Positions 58,401 to 64,000 of a stretch of 64,000 nucleotides of DNA are shown piece by piece. The notes below the pieces were generated by a model. It searched no databases. It saw nothing but the letters and a program-made list of their open reading frames with translations, and was not told where the DNA came from. Position 1 is the stretch's first letter. Every line of letters begins with the position of its first letter. Origin of the DNA: Lepidodermella squamata (Eukaryota; Animalia; Gastrotricha); NCBI GenBank assembly GCA_047495785.1, contig JBLDXI010000036.1:124001-188000 (forward strand), read 5' to 3'. The position numbers and the translations under genes are program-made.

Positions 58401-59429
58401 TGGAAATTTAGAATTGAACCAGTTTTAAAATTGAAAATTGAACGCACAAATCTTAAGCAATTTTTTTCGGATCTGAAAGCTTCGGGCGAATAAATCGAAG
58501 TCTCAGCAGGCGCTTGACATTTCTTACGGCAGCCTTTGAAATTTCGCGTCGAGGTGTCGAAGCAGCGATAAACAGGGGCGAGATCTGGAGCTCGAACTTG
58601 AAAAATTGAAAATTAAAAAATATTCAATTTTTGATTTAGAAATTTTACGCCATTTAGTTTGGCAATCTTCCAAATCATCGAATGTTCGCCCTGGTTTCTG
58701 TAAAATCGAGATTTCAGACTCAGAAAGATTGAGAAATTATTACTAACCGTTCCAGCCGGGCAGTCAAATCGCTTTGGCATGCACGTCACCGTGTAACTGC
58801 CTTGATGACAGCGTTTGAAATGCTGGCTCTGAATTTGATTTTAATGGCGATAATCTGCTCGTTCGCAGCTGGTCTTACCTCAAAGTTGTTCAGAGCCAAT
58901 TCGCAATCCTCGTAATTATCTCTAAAAAATCTGGCACGGTTGAAAACTTTGACCTAGAAAGAGACATGAATTTTTTTAATTTATAAAGTGAACTTTGATA
59001 AAAATCCCAAATTATTTAGCTGCTCGATTATATCGAAAAATCTAACCTCAATCTCGCCTTCGCGACAACTGGTGATTCCAAAGCGGCAGATTGGCATCAA
59101 TTTTTCGTACAGGTAACAAAGTCTCGCAGCCTAAATGAAAATAATTGCCTAAACACTGTTAAATTAATAAAAAAATAATAGAATTAACCCCCTGAGTGCA
59201 GGCTGTAACATCAGTAAAATTCAGCCCTCGCTATTAAAACAGATTTTGAAATTAGAAATTTTAATGCTGAGTAAATCTAAATTACCTGGTACTCATTTAA
59301 TCGACAACCTGCAGGTAATCTTCGACATCGTTTAAAGGAGGCGTCGAACTGTGAGAAGCACCGTATCCAATTTGTTGCATAAGCAACGGGTACAGCAAAA
59401 ATCGCAATCAAAATAAATGAGCGTAACAT
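15841..59429 (-). CDS. Secreted multi-C-type-lectin protein, paralog B (~3,700 aa, 20 CTLDs; one exon frameshifted)
   Basis: ATG at 59429 with a signal peptide, small Cys-rich exons to ~58160, then GT-AG bounded phase-0 exons: 58102-57575, 57519-57004, 56909-56385, 55619-55110, 55045-54512, 53515-53003, 52219-51684 (+17 nt frameshift), 49070-48522, 48468-47935, 46496-45975, 45706-45155, 44038-43526, 43467-42943, 42403-41876, 41158-40637, 40588-40067, 20289-19762, 18216-17698 and terminal 16743-15841 (two CTLDs, stop, no TM segment). Joining across the 40066-20290 intron is inferred from matching phase and the absence of another signal-peptide exon. Confidence 0.8.
17044..17345. repeat. ~115-bp inverted repeat with Penelope-type minimal hammerhead-like cores
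   Basis: Arms 17044-17159 and 17230-17345. Core CTGAAGA-T-GGC(n8)GCC-GAAAC-AT-GTC at 17276-17307 (+) and 17082-17113 (-). Confidence 0.6.
18263..19326. mobile_element. Non-autonomous hAT element with (GTCAA)n subterminal repeats
   Basis: TIR CAGTAACTGGGACTTGACTTGACT / AGTCAAGTCAAGTCCCAGTTACTG and a perfect 8-bp TSD ATTGTTGA (18255-18262, 19327-19334). Confidence 0.9.
20627..20891. mobile_element. MITE-like inverted repeat
   Basis: aaattcatctgatcgaggcaaaaa ... tttttgcctcgatcagatgaattt. Confidence 0.65.
21128..21301. mobile_element. hAT MITE (CAGTGCGCGAAGTA family)
   Basis: 14-bp TIRs and an 8-bp TSD TTATTGTT (21120-21127, 21302-21309). Confidence 0.9.
21312..22031 (+). CDS. Minor capsid protein (penton), N-terminally truncated
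   Basis: The C-terminus [24 protein letters not shown]...FEKPIFVPI...[27 protein letters not shown] matches the Maverick penton consensus. The frame is open from 21312 through a Q/A/T-rich repeat segment. The usual N-terminal half is absent. Confidence 0.85.
   Translation, partial: HDQNANQAAASLPAGQPTKQLSQNASDQTPPSGQSSSAAVATEPTTQNPDQVAAVAKKQASKNVDAQVASARQTSTAAAASKQAENQNQAATSGKPTTQNAAAVASNSTSSKATISESEPVERVIAVVEYTYTFHHEQRTATFPPQLDYGMPFLFLYTDVIDDVYVGNTRTPLLRVIPTEKASDKSSFFSKTFEKPIFVPIKRRVLSVIEIQIYKDSGLPVKFVSGKAVILVQIRPIAK
22042..22509 (+). CDS. Maverick core/DNA-binding protein (QxGxG repeats, basic tail), two exons 22042-22140 + 22198-22509
   Basis: Removing intron 22141-22197 (GTATGA...TAATAG, 57 nt, contains a stop) gives [18 protein letters not shown]...TYQ|[21 protein letters not shown]...[16 protein letters not shown]. 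This is the typical protein encoded between penton and MCP. Confidence 0.8.
22563..23852 (+). CDS. Major capsid protein (double jelly-roll, hexon-like)
   Basis: 429 aa. The N-terminus [29 protein letters not shown], plus [37 protein letters not shown] and FDLSPD, matches the Maverick MCP pattern. Intronless. Confidence 0.93.
   Translation: MYVHPSSENAIRAELNVFTLNPTQVEIESNYITEYGPVSAIANQSRIDFDIPPSNDWTDLSRSYVEITCKITHVDTAKASEEIKCGPINLLLHSMFSQVDMSINNTQISEPAPTYNYKAFISTLLSYDLAVKDSYLALQGYYADEAGKVSDPAGNGHTNRLAWAKKGEMVLIGKPHLELFSQPKFLIPNTPFKLTFVRASDAFVLMQAEAEKNKYTLTVTDAKLKLRRVRVSPQFTLALNRTLTKTTAKYGVNRSFIKILNLQKGSLNYNLGHVILGKIPRRLVMCFVSDKDFKGHSNSSPYNFKNPGVQRVSVTIDSEHVPNSPLEIGESENNAARALNALRETIFPYSSKTNGIKLSEYAKDGFSFLGFDLSPDSSRSAYSLVKSGVLNIDILLKSALEDNLILLCYFETDQVIELNFARNVLVDFT
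23849..24427 (+). CDS. Adenain-family cysteine protease
   Basis: IVNTD...GSHW...FDSYG...YQS....CGYY (His/Asp/Gln/Cys catalytic residues). ATGA overlap with the MCP stop. Confidence 0.93.
   Translation: MNLQLNTLQLDCLMSCDKVISKLAVKKTIPWDYLPQYQKMSERPMALIVNTDAAGQPGSHWLSIYIPHKLEPASLFDSYGQRGFYYNEAIENFLNEINGHGYYNYNGRKYQSENTAVCGYYAYWSLHWLSRGATLEKLASMLNQQHVSDTFVVEQVTKLFKVSKAENMSRYFGNCKGHQSCQAMCQQRLTFR
24388..25080 (+). CDS. A32/FtsK-like genome packaging ATPase
   Basis: Walker A GPSGAGKS, Walker B LLIIDDL, plus [20 protein letters not shown] and YLLIDL motifs. Confidence 0.94.
   Translation: MSSNVPAETDFSLSLEAPFCSLVIGPSGAGKSWLIRKMLNDPESISPPPKAILWFYGVDTKMHAEVKEEVEKSRGITIEFRKGLENLNFDEFESSANAGDHTLLIIDDLYDTGRNDPKIHQLFYRYSHHMQLSVFFTQQAIFSKGKVSKEMTLNAKYLFIFRHRADLTAFRYLAMQLEPLRWRFLVESFEIETSKGGHHYLLIDLSPNCPEYMRYRTGVGSYPGVVYVPK
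25138..25558 (+). CDS. Conserved small Maverick protein (PW-like), two exons 25138-25453 + 25509-25558
   Basis: R..LL..A....[10 protein letters not shown]....L.....RKL..FK..I..L......[13 protein letters not shown] motif. Intron 25454-25508 (GTTAGT...TTTAG, 55 nt) extends it with [16 protein letters not shown], whose stop overlaps the next ATG (ATGA at 25555-25558). The name PW is from memory. Confidence 0.75.
25555..26526 (+). CDS. Maverick accessory protein (PZ-like position), acidic tract
   Basis: 323-aa ORF after the PW-like gene, starting ..AKRYSLVP and ending QKGGKWLAW... Its 3' end overlaps the convergent phosphoesterase gene by 32 bp. Family assignment is mainly positional. Confidence 0.6.
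   Translation: MIKSTSTSGQYAKRYSLVPGTLVDGSKSTIETESKRIIKEASEPAQKGQLKRNAMQMLNALSDNNEDDAREKLYKFNSAFRDFERAVRELKIAESIKAEEDENEEEDEDEEVGEEEDSQVISPKESSTPILRRASKLSFIKTSPKPEQVNGNDDGNEDEIPVKIPRAENKKIVLEKLADQTIIDHFPTEQRRKEVARILNHLRGQDKPKNVFITDDNAKIMLMNNTGTLSDSWDLVDFLDKATNKKMNLSETTRGRIRNFVRVGQLNATNPLVSASPRDIRSRNDTKQKKNKTPHPTNSQPGKQKGGKWLAWTPKISNRLKLD
26495..27414 (-). CDS. MPPED1/2-like calcineurin-like metallophosphoesterase (viral cargo), 4 exons
   Basis: Exons 27414-27349, 27294-26942, 26888-26653, 26601-26495; introns of 54, 53 and 51 nt, all GT-AG. Motifs CVSDTH, HAGD, GNHD, YGSPW|TP, LVTHCPP, FGHCHD|SHG, FINAS. Confidence 0.88.
27475..28572 (-). CDS. RRM2: Ribonucleotide reductase small subunit (class Ia R2), 3 exons
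   Basis: Exons 28572-28187, 28136-27908, 27852-27475; introns of 50 and 55 nt. Motifs [48 protein letters not shown]|[20 protein letters not shown] and C-terminal DADF. Lacks the N-terminal extension of cellular RRM2. Confidence 0.96.
28637..28993 (-). CDS. UBL3/MUB-like ubiquitin-fold protein, copy 3 (intronless, no CAAX)
   Basis: [10 protein letters not shown]...[14 protein letters not shown]...RLVLSNG resembles UBL3 (INLRLILVSG...VYDNWPMDW...LRLIYQG). Ends GVINAI. Confidence 0.65.
   Translation of the reverse strand: MNAPPPSLASSNETLQPFDVTSDTYNSRQLRIGLILVNGDRVSWPINSREETVGEFLNWLWFDWPGCMPDRPSIPGRLVLSNGNYCLPKSLRFSNPHLRRLSREKSRLEFYIGVINAI
29067..29319 (-). CDS. Orphan 67-aa protein, two exons 29319-29236 + 29186-29067 (absent from the ORF track)
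   Basis: Intron 29235-29187 (GTGAGT...CCTAG, 49 nt) joins [28 protein letters not shown] to [39 protein letters not shown]. It fills the gap between neighbouring cargo genes. Confidence 0.6.
29378..29758 (-). CDS. UBL3/MUB-like ubiquitin-fold protein, copy 2 (exons 29758-29533 + 29463-29378)
   Basis: VKLNWRNG...[18 protein letters not shown]...NLRLLHKG has the UBL3-type WPxxW and LRL.+G motifs. A phase-1 intron 29532-29464 supplies a final beta-strand (CIDFEVIQV). The exon 2 acceptor is inferred. Confidence 0.7.
29810..30167 (-). CDS. UBL3/MUB-like ubiquitin-fold protein, copy 1 (exons 30167-29969 + 29904-29810)
   Basis: CRIVLADG...[18 protein letters not shown]...LKLQCKGR. A phase-1 intron 29968-29905 (GTTAGT...TTCCAG) sits at the same alignment position as in copy 2. 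Ends DRLRK. Confidence 0.7.
30257..30739 (-). CDS. C3HC4 RING + TRAF/SIAH-type zinc finger protein (putative E3 ligase)
   Basis: CSIC...CQHVFCELC...CPIC followed by L...C.....GC.......LLH...C. Its ATG directly follows the pPolB stop. Confidence 0.88.
   Translation of the reverse strand: MLEKNSDSVPPEQVAPEFKTQFEFIEKEITCSICLGVMNSPVYIVGCQHVFCELCICRWGDRCCRGQYRVNIFTPASCPICRADFMCIDLVPGPGVVERLIARLKFTCAFEKYGCSAKLEYSNVLLHQTQCDKRPEIPKKVKLNCKCTFLPSPNSDATFP
30740..35289 (-). CDS. Protein-primed family B DNA polymerase (pPolB), 10 exons, 1350 aa
   Basis: Exons 35289-33669, 33596-33485, 33430-33019, 32964-32718, 32663-32413, 32353-31695, 31643-31388, 31331-31295, 31241-31088, 31043-30740 (4053 nt, open). 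An alternative last acceptor at 31032 is also in frame. Motifs: vOTU-like DQLC/GHF, Cys-rich region, exonuclease YFDLE, HYGGKFD, RFIDS, YCVQDV, VSR-like [29 protein letters not shown]...NSFYGRF, YCDTDS, PKSY, KFKGI, KR..PYGY. Confidence 0.93.
35893..36417 (-). CDS. PC4/Sub1-like ssDNA-binding protein
   Basis: C-terminal FYVDIRRF......PLKDGISIP matches the PC4 motif. The N-terminal half (..[10 protein letters not shown]) may be a second degenerate PC4 repeat. Confidence 0.7.
   Translation of the reverse strand: MAQRHNDLIPYNSSLASKAKIVDRVFNFKSSKTFKAIRYLAEDGGYVIFLGKTAIPDFHNRFSSIDKGLYITFEECRRLLADIENEAPWVIDIENALAAVENKDPAAGGNSSPIFNDLRWSIFSPSNRRTFYVDIRRFKSVEENQFKPLKDGISIPQSLFWVFDTVLRQVTDTA
36998..37171. 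mobile_element. Tc1/mariner-type MITE inserted in the virus
   Basis: TA|CAGGGTGTCC ... GGACACCTTG|TA (TIR with one mismatch, TA TSD). Confidence 0.65.
37431..37438 (-). promoter_or_regulatory. Putative TATA box for the minus-strand viral unit
   Basis: TATAAAAG on the minus strand, followed by an ATG at 37363 and a candidate donor GAG|GTAATA near 37255. Confidence 0.3.
37452..37517. repeat. (ATTT)n microsatellite
   Basis: tatttatttattt... directly visible. Confidence 0.95.
37570..37960. repeat. Degenerate tandem repeats in the viral right arm
   Basis: Recurrent blocks tttggtttYgagatttgttc, cgataattcctaatt and tttgacagtgctaatcgtctt. Confidence 0.75.
38100..38107 (+). promoter_or_regulatory. 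Putative TATA box for ORF 38195
   Basis: TATATAAG ~95 bp upstream of the ATG, with an ATTGG (reverse CCAAT) at ~38063. Confidence 0.4.
38195..38677 (+). CDS. Hypothetical protein in the right arm of the virus (basic N-terminus, acidic/Cys C-terminus)
   Basis: 160-aa ORF with TATATAAG at 38100 upstream and AATAAA at ~38711 downstream. No family recognised. Confidence 0.5.
   Translation: MPTKSTAYKLKRVSRPRNVIATRVLRVQRSNRKSIRSCYSSLESRSFDDVPPSRPTSRIDAPPPTIDAYISEIKRKPVVRILSIRSLASLGLYNSNNFDVNTFECNHLDYTSTAPTQTPPQSLIFEPVASDVDLSCECCLAKFEPTIFIENEQLACDYLC
38900..38951. repeat. (GGAAA)n microsatellite
   Basis: About 10 perfect GGAAA units. Confidence 0.95.
39117..39281. mobile_element. hAT MITE (related family)
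   Basis: CAGTGTGCGAAGTA / TACTTCGCACACTG TIRs; TSD CCCTGAAG/CCCCGAAG (one mismatch). Confidence 0.8.
41210..41360. mobile_element. hAT MITE (same family as 21128)
   Basis: CAGGGCGCGAAGTA / TACTTCGCGCACTG with an 8-bp TSD TTGGAAAT. Partial relatives lie at ~20400-20548, ~20955, ~39740-39893, ~50978 and ~61530-61860. Confidence 0.88.
46630..46770. mobile_element. Small MITE
   Basis: atatgagacccg..gatttcggccc / gggccgaaatc..cgggtctcatat. Confidence 0.65.
49277..49902. mobile_element. Foldback/MITE with ~150-bp TIRs (CATAG termini)
   Basis: Arms 49277-49430 and ~49728-49902. These explain the mirror ORFs [24 protein letters not shown] on both strands. Confidence 0.8.
51408..51542. repeat. Hairpin MITE
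   Basis: ~52-bp perfect inverted arms gggtcaatacatataaaattcg... Confidence 0.8.
51684..52219 (-). pseudogene. Frameshifted CTLD exon of paralog B
   Basis: The exon is 536 nt, versus 519 nt for the matching exon 3572-3054 in copy A. The extra 17 nt lie at ~51935-51953 (taggtggctataggctata replacing at), and the ORF track splits here into 51932..52180 and 51612..51920. Confidence 0.85.
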
Positions 59430-62400
59430 TTTTAACACAAATAAAACCGGAAAAATAAATAAATTGAATGGTCTATTAGCTTTATAAATTCAAAAAGCGA
59501 ATCATTCGAGAAAGTTCTTTAGTGAAGCGCGTGTCACACGTCATAGACATAATATCATAGACATAGACATGATTCACGTATTTAGGACGAACACGTGTGA
59601 GGCCACTAGTGGTGTGGTACTTAGTTACTATCGGAGTTGAAATTAGTGGCCATTCACAAAAAAATACAAATGAGCGTAAATTTTAAAATAACCTCTCAAT
59701 ATCCACGTTTTATCGTTATCGGCCATTGGCAGGTCAAAGTTAAATTTTTTTTTATGATTTTCATGACGTCATCTACCGACAGAAATTGTCGCGAATTTTT
59801 ATGTTGATTAATTTCAATTATATTTGATAAAAAATTGAAAAAAATTATTAAAAGGGGCATGTAATCGAAGCAAAAAAATTTATTATTCGTCTGAATTTAT
59901 TATAATTAACCCAAAATTTTTAAATATTCGCTGTTTTCAGCCAAAATTAATTTGAAAATTTACTTTGGGGCAAATGTTAAATAAAATCCGAGCGAAATCA
60001 AATTGATTCTCCTGAATTTTACTTTTTGACCTCATTCTTGACATTATTCTAATAAATTTGGCTGAAAATAGCTTGAAATCGACGAAAAATACCATAAATC
60101 AAATAAAATTTATGTCTTGCTCGAGGCAGGACTTGGATTTTATTAAAATATGGCTGTTTATCGCAAAATTAATCAAGTTTTTTATTTGAAATCTCTTGCG
60201 CAACAATGAAAATGCTGATTCATCGCGTATTCAGGGATACGTTTTCAGCAACACTTACGAGGACAGCAATGGTGCCATAATTTTTTCACTGTAAGGTACT
60301 GGGAAACGTAACCGAAATCTTTCATTTTGCTGAGCGATGCTCGTACATGAATGTGAATCTTATTGCTTCCAAAAATGGCTCAAATTTTGGCCATATGCAG
60401 TTTAGTATTTTCGGACCCCGCAACACGCCTGCCTCAAACCCTAACCGCGACACTAACCTAATACTGACCATATAATCAGGGCCGTATCAGCGAGCAGCGA
60501 AAATCGCGTACATATCAGATTTATCGGCAGTTCAAATTGAATGTTCCCATTTTGCCCATGTTGTAAGCAGGTCCAGACAAATAATCAGAGTGCGATAAAA
60601 GCCACAAAAAGCTTAAAAATCCGAATTACTGTACATGTGCTGAACAGGCAGTGTTATGCAACAATTGTCGCCATTGTTGCAAAACTATGAAATGCGCGAT
60701 TTTATTTAAATAAAGTAATTTTCGCCCGAAAACCTAAGTTTATTTACTTCGATCACACTTTCGAAAATTTGAAATCAATTAAAAAATATCAGGTTAAACT
60801 TAAATTTACACATTTGCTTCGATCACATCCCCCAAAGTGATTAAAAATATTAACAAATATTTTTTTTTAAATTAAATTAAATTTTTTTTAATATCAGGCA
60901 GATTTATTTTTCGGCACCAGGATAGGATGTTCGGTTTTAAAAAGAACAACCTGTGCAGACTGAATTTGAATGTACTTGTAGGTAATAGAGAGAATAAATA
61001 ACTCGCTCTTGAGACTGAAAATGATCAAATGAAAGCAAAACTTCGCGCTGCACAACAAGGGCACTGAACTTGGTCGCAGACATCATTCAGTAGAGATCGC
61101 CCATGGGTGTACGCCATGGGCGCCAGATGGTCAGCTGATTCATCAGCGGCGTGGAGGCCAAGTAATCAAAATTCTTTTTTGCTGGTTCCGATCATAATTT
61201 ACAATCTTTCCAATTTTTGTTGATGGTTCCAGATTGGTGACATCACAACAAACACAGACATTGTTATGTTTTCAACATTTTAGGAGCAATGAGAACCACA
61301 GAAATGGAATTTTGCAGACGCGAATAAAATGAACTAACACTGCGTAGAGAATCGAAATTGAATCAGTTTTATAGTGGTCCGTGTAACTCTACAATTTGAT
61401 ACTTAGATATGAATTTGTGTCGATTTTCTGCAATTCTTAAAGGAATCGGGAGCATATAATTTACATTACTGTCCCTTTGAGATTCAGGTTTGGACTCTTT
61501 CCAACCACAACACGCGCATGCGGCGTACGCGGGGTGCGAAGTAGTGTCGAGACACCCCAGCTCCGAGACCCAACTAGATAAAAACTGAAAAAACCACAGG
61601 GGGCAGCCTTTGGTTTCTTCGGCTTGGCCCTAGAAAACACCTCAGCTCCGGGATCCAACTTTGCACACTGAATTTACCCCATCAAAGTTGCAGTGCTCCG
61701 AGTACGGGGAGGGGGGGGGGGGGGGGGGGTAAATGGGGTAAACGGGGTAAACAAACCCCCCTGGCGTTCGAAAAATTCTGAAAAACGTAAGGGTCCCCCC
61801 TGTTGATTTGCAAATTTTGGGCTAAAATGGCCCGATTTACCCCCTTCAGAGCTGGACCTCGGATCATTGCAGAGTTGTCCTCGGGTCCGGCTCTTTTACT
61901 GGATTTTTTGCTGCGGTCGGATGAGGTACTTTTTCAGGAAATTTTCACCGAAATGACCTTGCTGAAATAGGTTAGCAAGTTAGCGGCCGAGATCAACACA
62001 ACGTACACCTCCGAGCTGCTTGAAAACGATTGAAAGTGTTCGAGCACGCCGATATTTATTAATCTTTCAAAGATTACTATGAAATGTATACAATTATAAG
62101 ACTGGAAACCCAATATGTTTTCGGTTTGTGATTCCAAAAAATTGGCGCGAATATAAGGATGTACACGAATAGAAGGAGCCTGTCTTTCATTAGTGTCAGT
62201 CTTATGTACGAGCAAATACGGTACCTACTGTGATTATATTAATAATTCTCATAATAATTTTAAAAACTATGTTAAACAGCTCGACCTTAATAACTATTTG
62301 ACTTCAGTAGTGAGGCGCCGTGACATTTAGTACCTATGACCATTTCGCCACTGTTGTTCGCGAACAAGAAGAAGAATGAATAATAAATAATAAAGTTCCG

Positions 62401-62886
62401 GCGGAACTCTTTCATCAAGATCCGTTACCAACGATCTCTGCGCAAGTGCAAGCGAAACAATTGGCTATAGGTAGTTATGCAGTCTGGCTTGGTCTCATTG
62501 AGTCGCCTCAGGGCGCGTTCAAGTAAAGACCCTGAGTTTATCTTGTCCAATGCTTAAATTGTGAAATTTGAAAGTAAAGCTGGAACTATTGGATTAGATT
62601 GGAGTTTGTTTCTTGTTATCTATAATTATTGGCAACGTCAATAAACTGAAAACATGGTAGACATTGCGCCTGATCGGATTACGGACTAAGGACGAAGAAA
62701 TTAGGTATATATCTCAATCGCTAATACAGACAGCTCTCATACTTTCTGGCCCGTATGCCTCGGCCACGGTTATGTCTTATGATAATGCTTCGTAGGATCA
62801 AGACAAATTCTCAATCCCTGAAACGTTGAGCGAACTACATAGGGATAAAAAAGGATGATGATCACTGTGTTTATTCTCAGCATGTA

Positions 62887-64000
62887 CTAAACAGTTACAG
62901 GCACTTCAGAGTAGAACAAATATGGGTATCTTGGCACAACGCCAAACAAAAAAATCGGTGTGATGATAATGAGAGTAATGTAAGAAAACAAGACAAATCG
63001 GTCCATAACATCAGCGATGAATTCCCACCGTTGAATTCGATAGATTTCCAACGTAATTTGCAGATCGTGATCCGCCTTGTCACTGCCAAACATTTTCTTA
63101 TCCGGATTTGTCTCAGTCGCGATCTGAATGTCGTGCTGGAAAATCGAATAGAAGCTACTGCGTAACATTTTCTCATACTCATCGTGCTGTTCTTCCTTGG
63201 TCGTTGGTAATCTCGGTTTTTTAACGCGGAAAACCGGCGCGAGAAAACACGCGGCATTGTACAACCACTCGGGCACAACCTGCTGCCGCCTTTGGTCACG
63301 GCTCTTCCGGAAGCAGATAAAGACCAAACCCTCGCCTAACATAGCTAGGCATATGTAAAGCATCGATAGATCAATGTAGTAGCACAGCAACGGGATTTTG
63401 TCAGAGGTTCGAGGTATGTCATCGATTATCATAAGCTGGAAAACGCCGTAGGCCAGGAGGCATGTGAAGGACAGCTCCAACTTTTCGCTGTCATCAACCG
63501 CAGCGGCGAATGTCGCAACTTCCGCCAGCGAAATTATCAAACTAGGCACGATAACATTGATAAGGTAGTACCCAATCTTCCTCTGAAGGACGAGGTCGAA
63601 TTCAACCCTGGAAAACGTATTGGTCGGGATGACGTACTGGACCCGTTTCACCCGTTGATCTGTACTAACAAGTGACCACTGTTCGTTCTCGATCCACCAC
63701 CTCTTCTGAATTGTGTCGCCGAAGTGGAAAACTTGGAATTCGACTGTGTACCGCCAGCTTTCCATGATAAAAGTGCAATTTTGGGTATCGAAAGGGAACA
63801 ATCGGATGTCGAAGTCACAGAATGCCTTAAAGGTCCCACCTGGCCGGTATGAGATGTAACCGTTGCTTGAGACTCGCACCATTTCCTGGTCGTGCATGAG
63901 CAACAGCTCGTAATGTTGTTCAGAGTTTATCATGGCGATTTCAGGGATCCAGATTTGTCTCTGCGGTGTTGTAACGCTGGGTACGCAGCAGTGGGGAAAG
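62887..64000 (-). CDS. Cys-loop ligand-gated ion channel subunit, nAChR-like, non-alpha (5' end outside the window)
   Basis: The frame is open from the window edge (IWIPEIAMIN). Cys-loop CDFDIRLFPFDTQNC, ENEQW, LQRK..YY..NVIVPS (M1), EKLELSFTCLLAY (M2), IPLL (M3), W..IADVMDR (M4). No vicinal Cys in loop C and no introns in the visible 1.1 kb. Confidence 0.92.
   Translation of the reverse strand, partial: FPHCCVPSVTTPQRQIWIPEIAMINSEQHYELLLMHDQEMVRVSSNGYISYRPGGTFKAFCDFDIRLFPFDTQNCTFIMESWRYTVEFQVFHFGDTIQKRWWIENEQWSLVSTDQRVKRVQYVIPTNTFSRVEFDLVLQRKIGYYLINVIVPSLIISLAEVATFAAAVDDSEKLELSFTCLLAYGVFQLMIIDDIPRTSDKIPLLCYYIDLSMLYICLAMLGEGLVFICFRKSRDQRRQQVVPEWLYNAACFLAPVFRVKKPRLPTTKEEQHDEYEKMLRSSFYSIFQHDIQIATETNPDKKMFGSDKADHDLQITLEIYRIQRWEFIADVMDRFVLFSYITLIIITPIFLFGVVPRYPYLFYSEVPVTV

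Larger units (their letters stand above)
46190..60665 (+). repeat. Segmental (tandem) duplication partner of 1..~11925
   Basis: Same exon order and near-identical upstream region (10081-11370 vs 59230-60530; offset 49153 at the ATGs). The introns carry different MITE insertions. Confidence 0.9.

Overview
Eukaryotic, AT-rich animal DNA (probably an invertebrate, with many ~45-70 nt GT-AG introns); I cannot assign the taxon. Three layers are present. (1) Two tandem, minus-strand paralogs of a very large secreted multi-C-type-lectin gene. Copy B runs 59429->15841 and has 19 phase-0 module exons carrying 20 CTLDs, about 3,700 aa, with one exon frameshifted. Copy A starts at 10276 and runs off the left edge. 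(2) An ~18 kb left-truncated Polinton/Maverick (adintovirus-like) endogenous virus inside one 19.8 kb intron of copy B. Its plus strand carries penton (partial), a core protein, MCP, adenain protease, packaging ATPase, and PW-like and PZ-like genes. Its minus strand carries a PC4-like gene and a protein-primed PolB that reconstitutes into an intact 1350-aa ORF after removing nine short spliceosomal introns. Behind PolB is a tightly packed cargo train: a RING/TRAF-ZnF E3, three UBL3/MUB-like ubiquitin-fold genes without CAAX, a hidden 67-aa orphan, an RNR small subunit and an MPPED-type metallophosphoesterase. Each cargo start codon has a splice acceptor just upstream. No integrase or TIR is visible. 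(3) Many hAT, Tc1-like and other MITEs, an inverted Penelope-type hammerhead-like repeat, and an intronless Cys-loop (nAChR-like) receptor at the right edge. The best candidate for an undescribed system is the intron-rich virus with its RING plus triple-UBL3 cassette expressed as an operon-like unit. All family calls come from motif recognition by eye, not from database searches.
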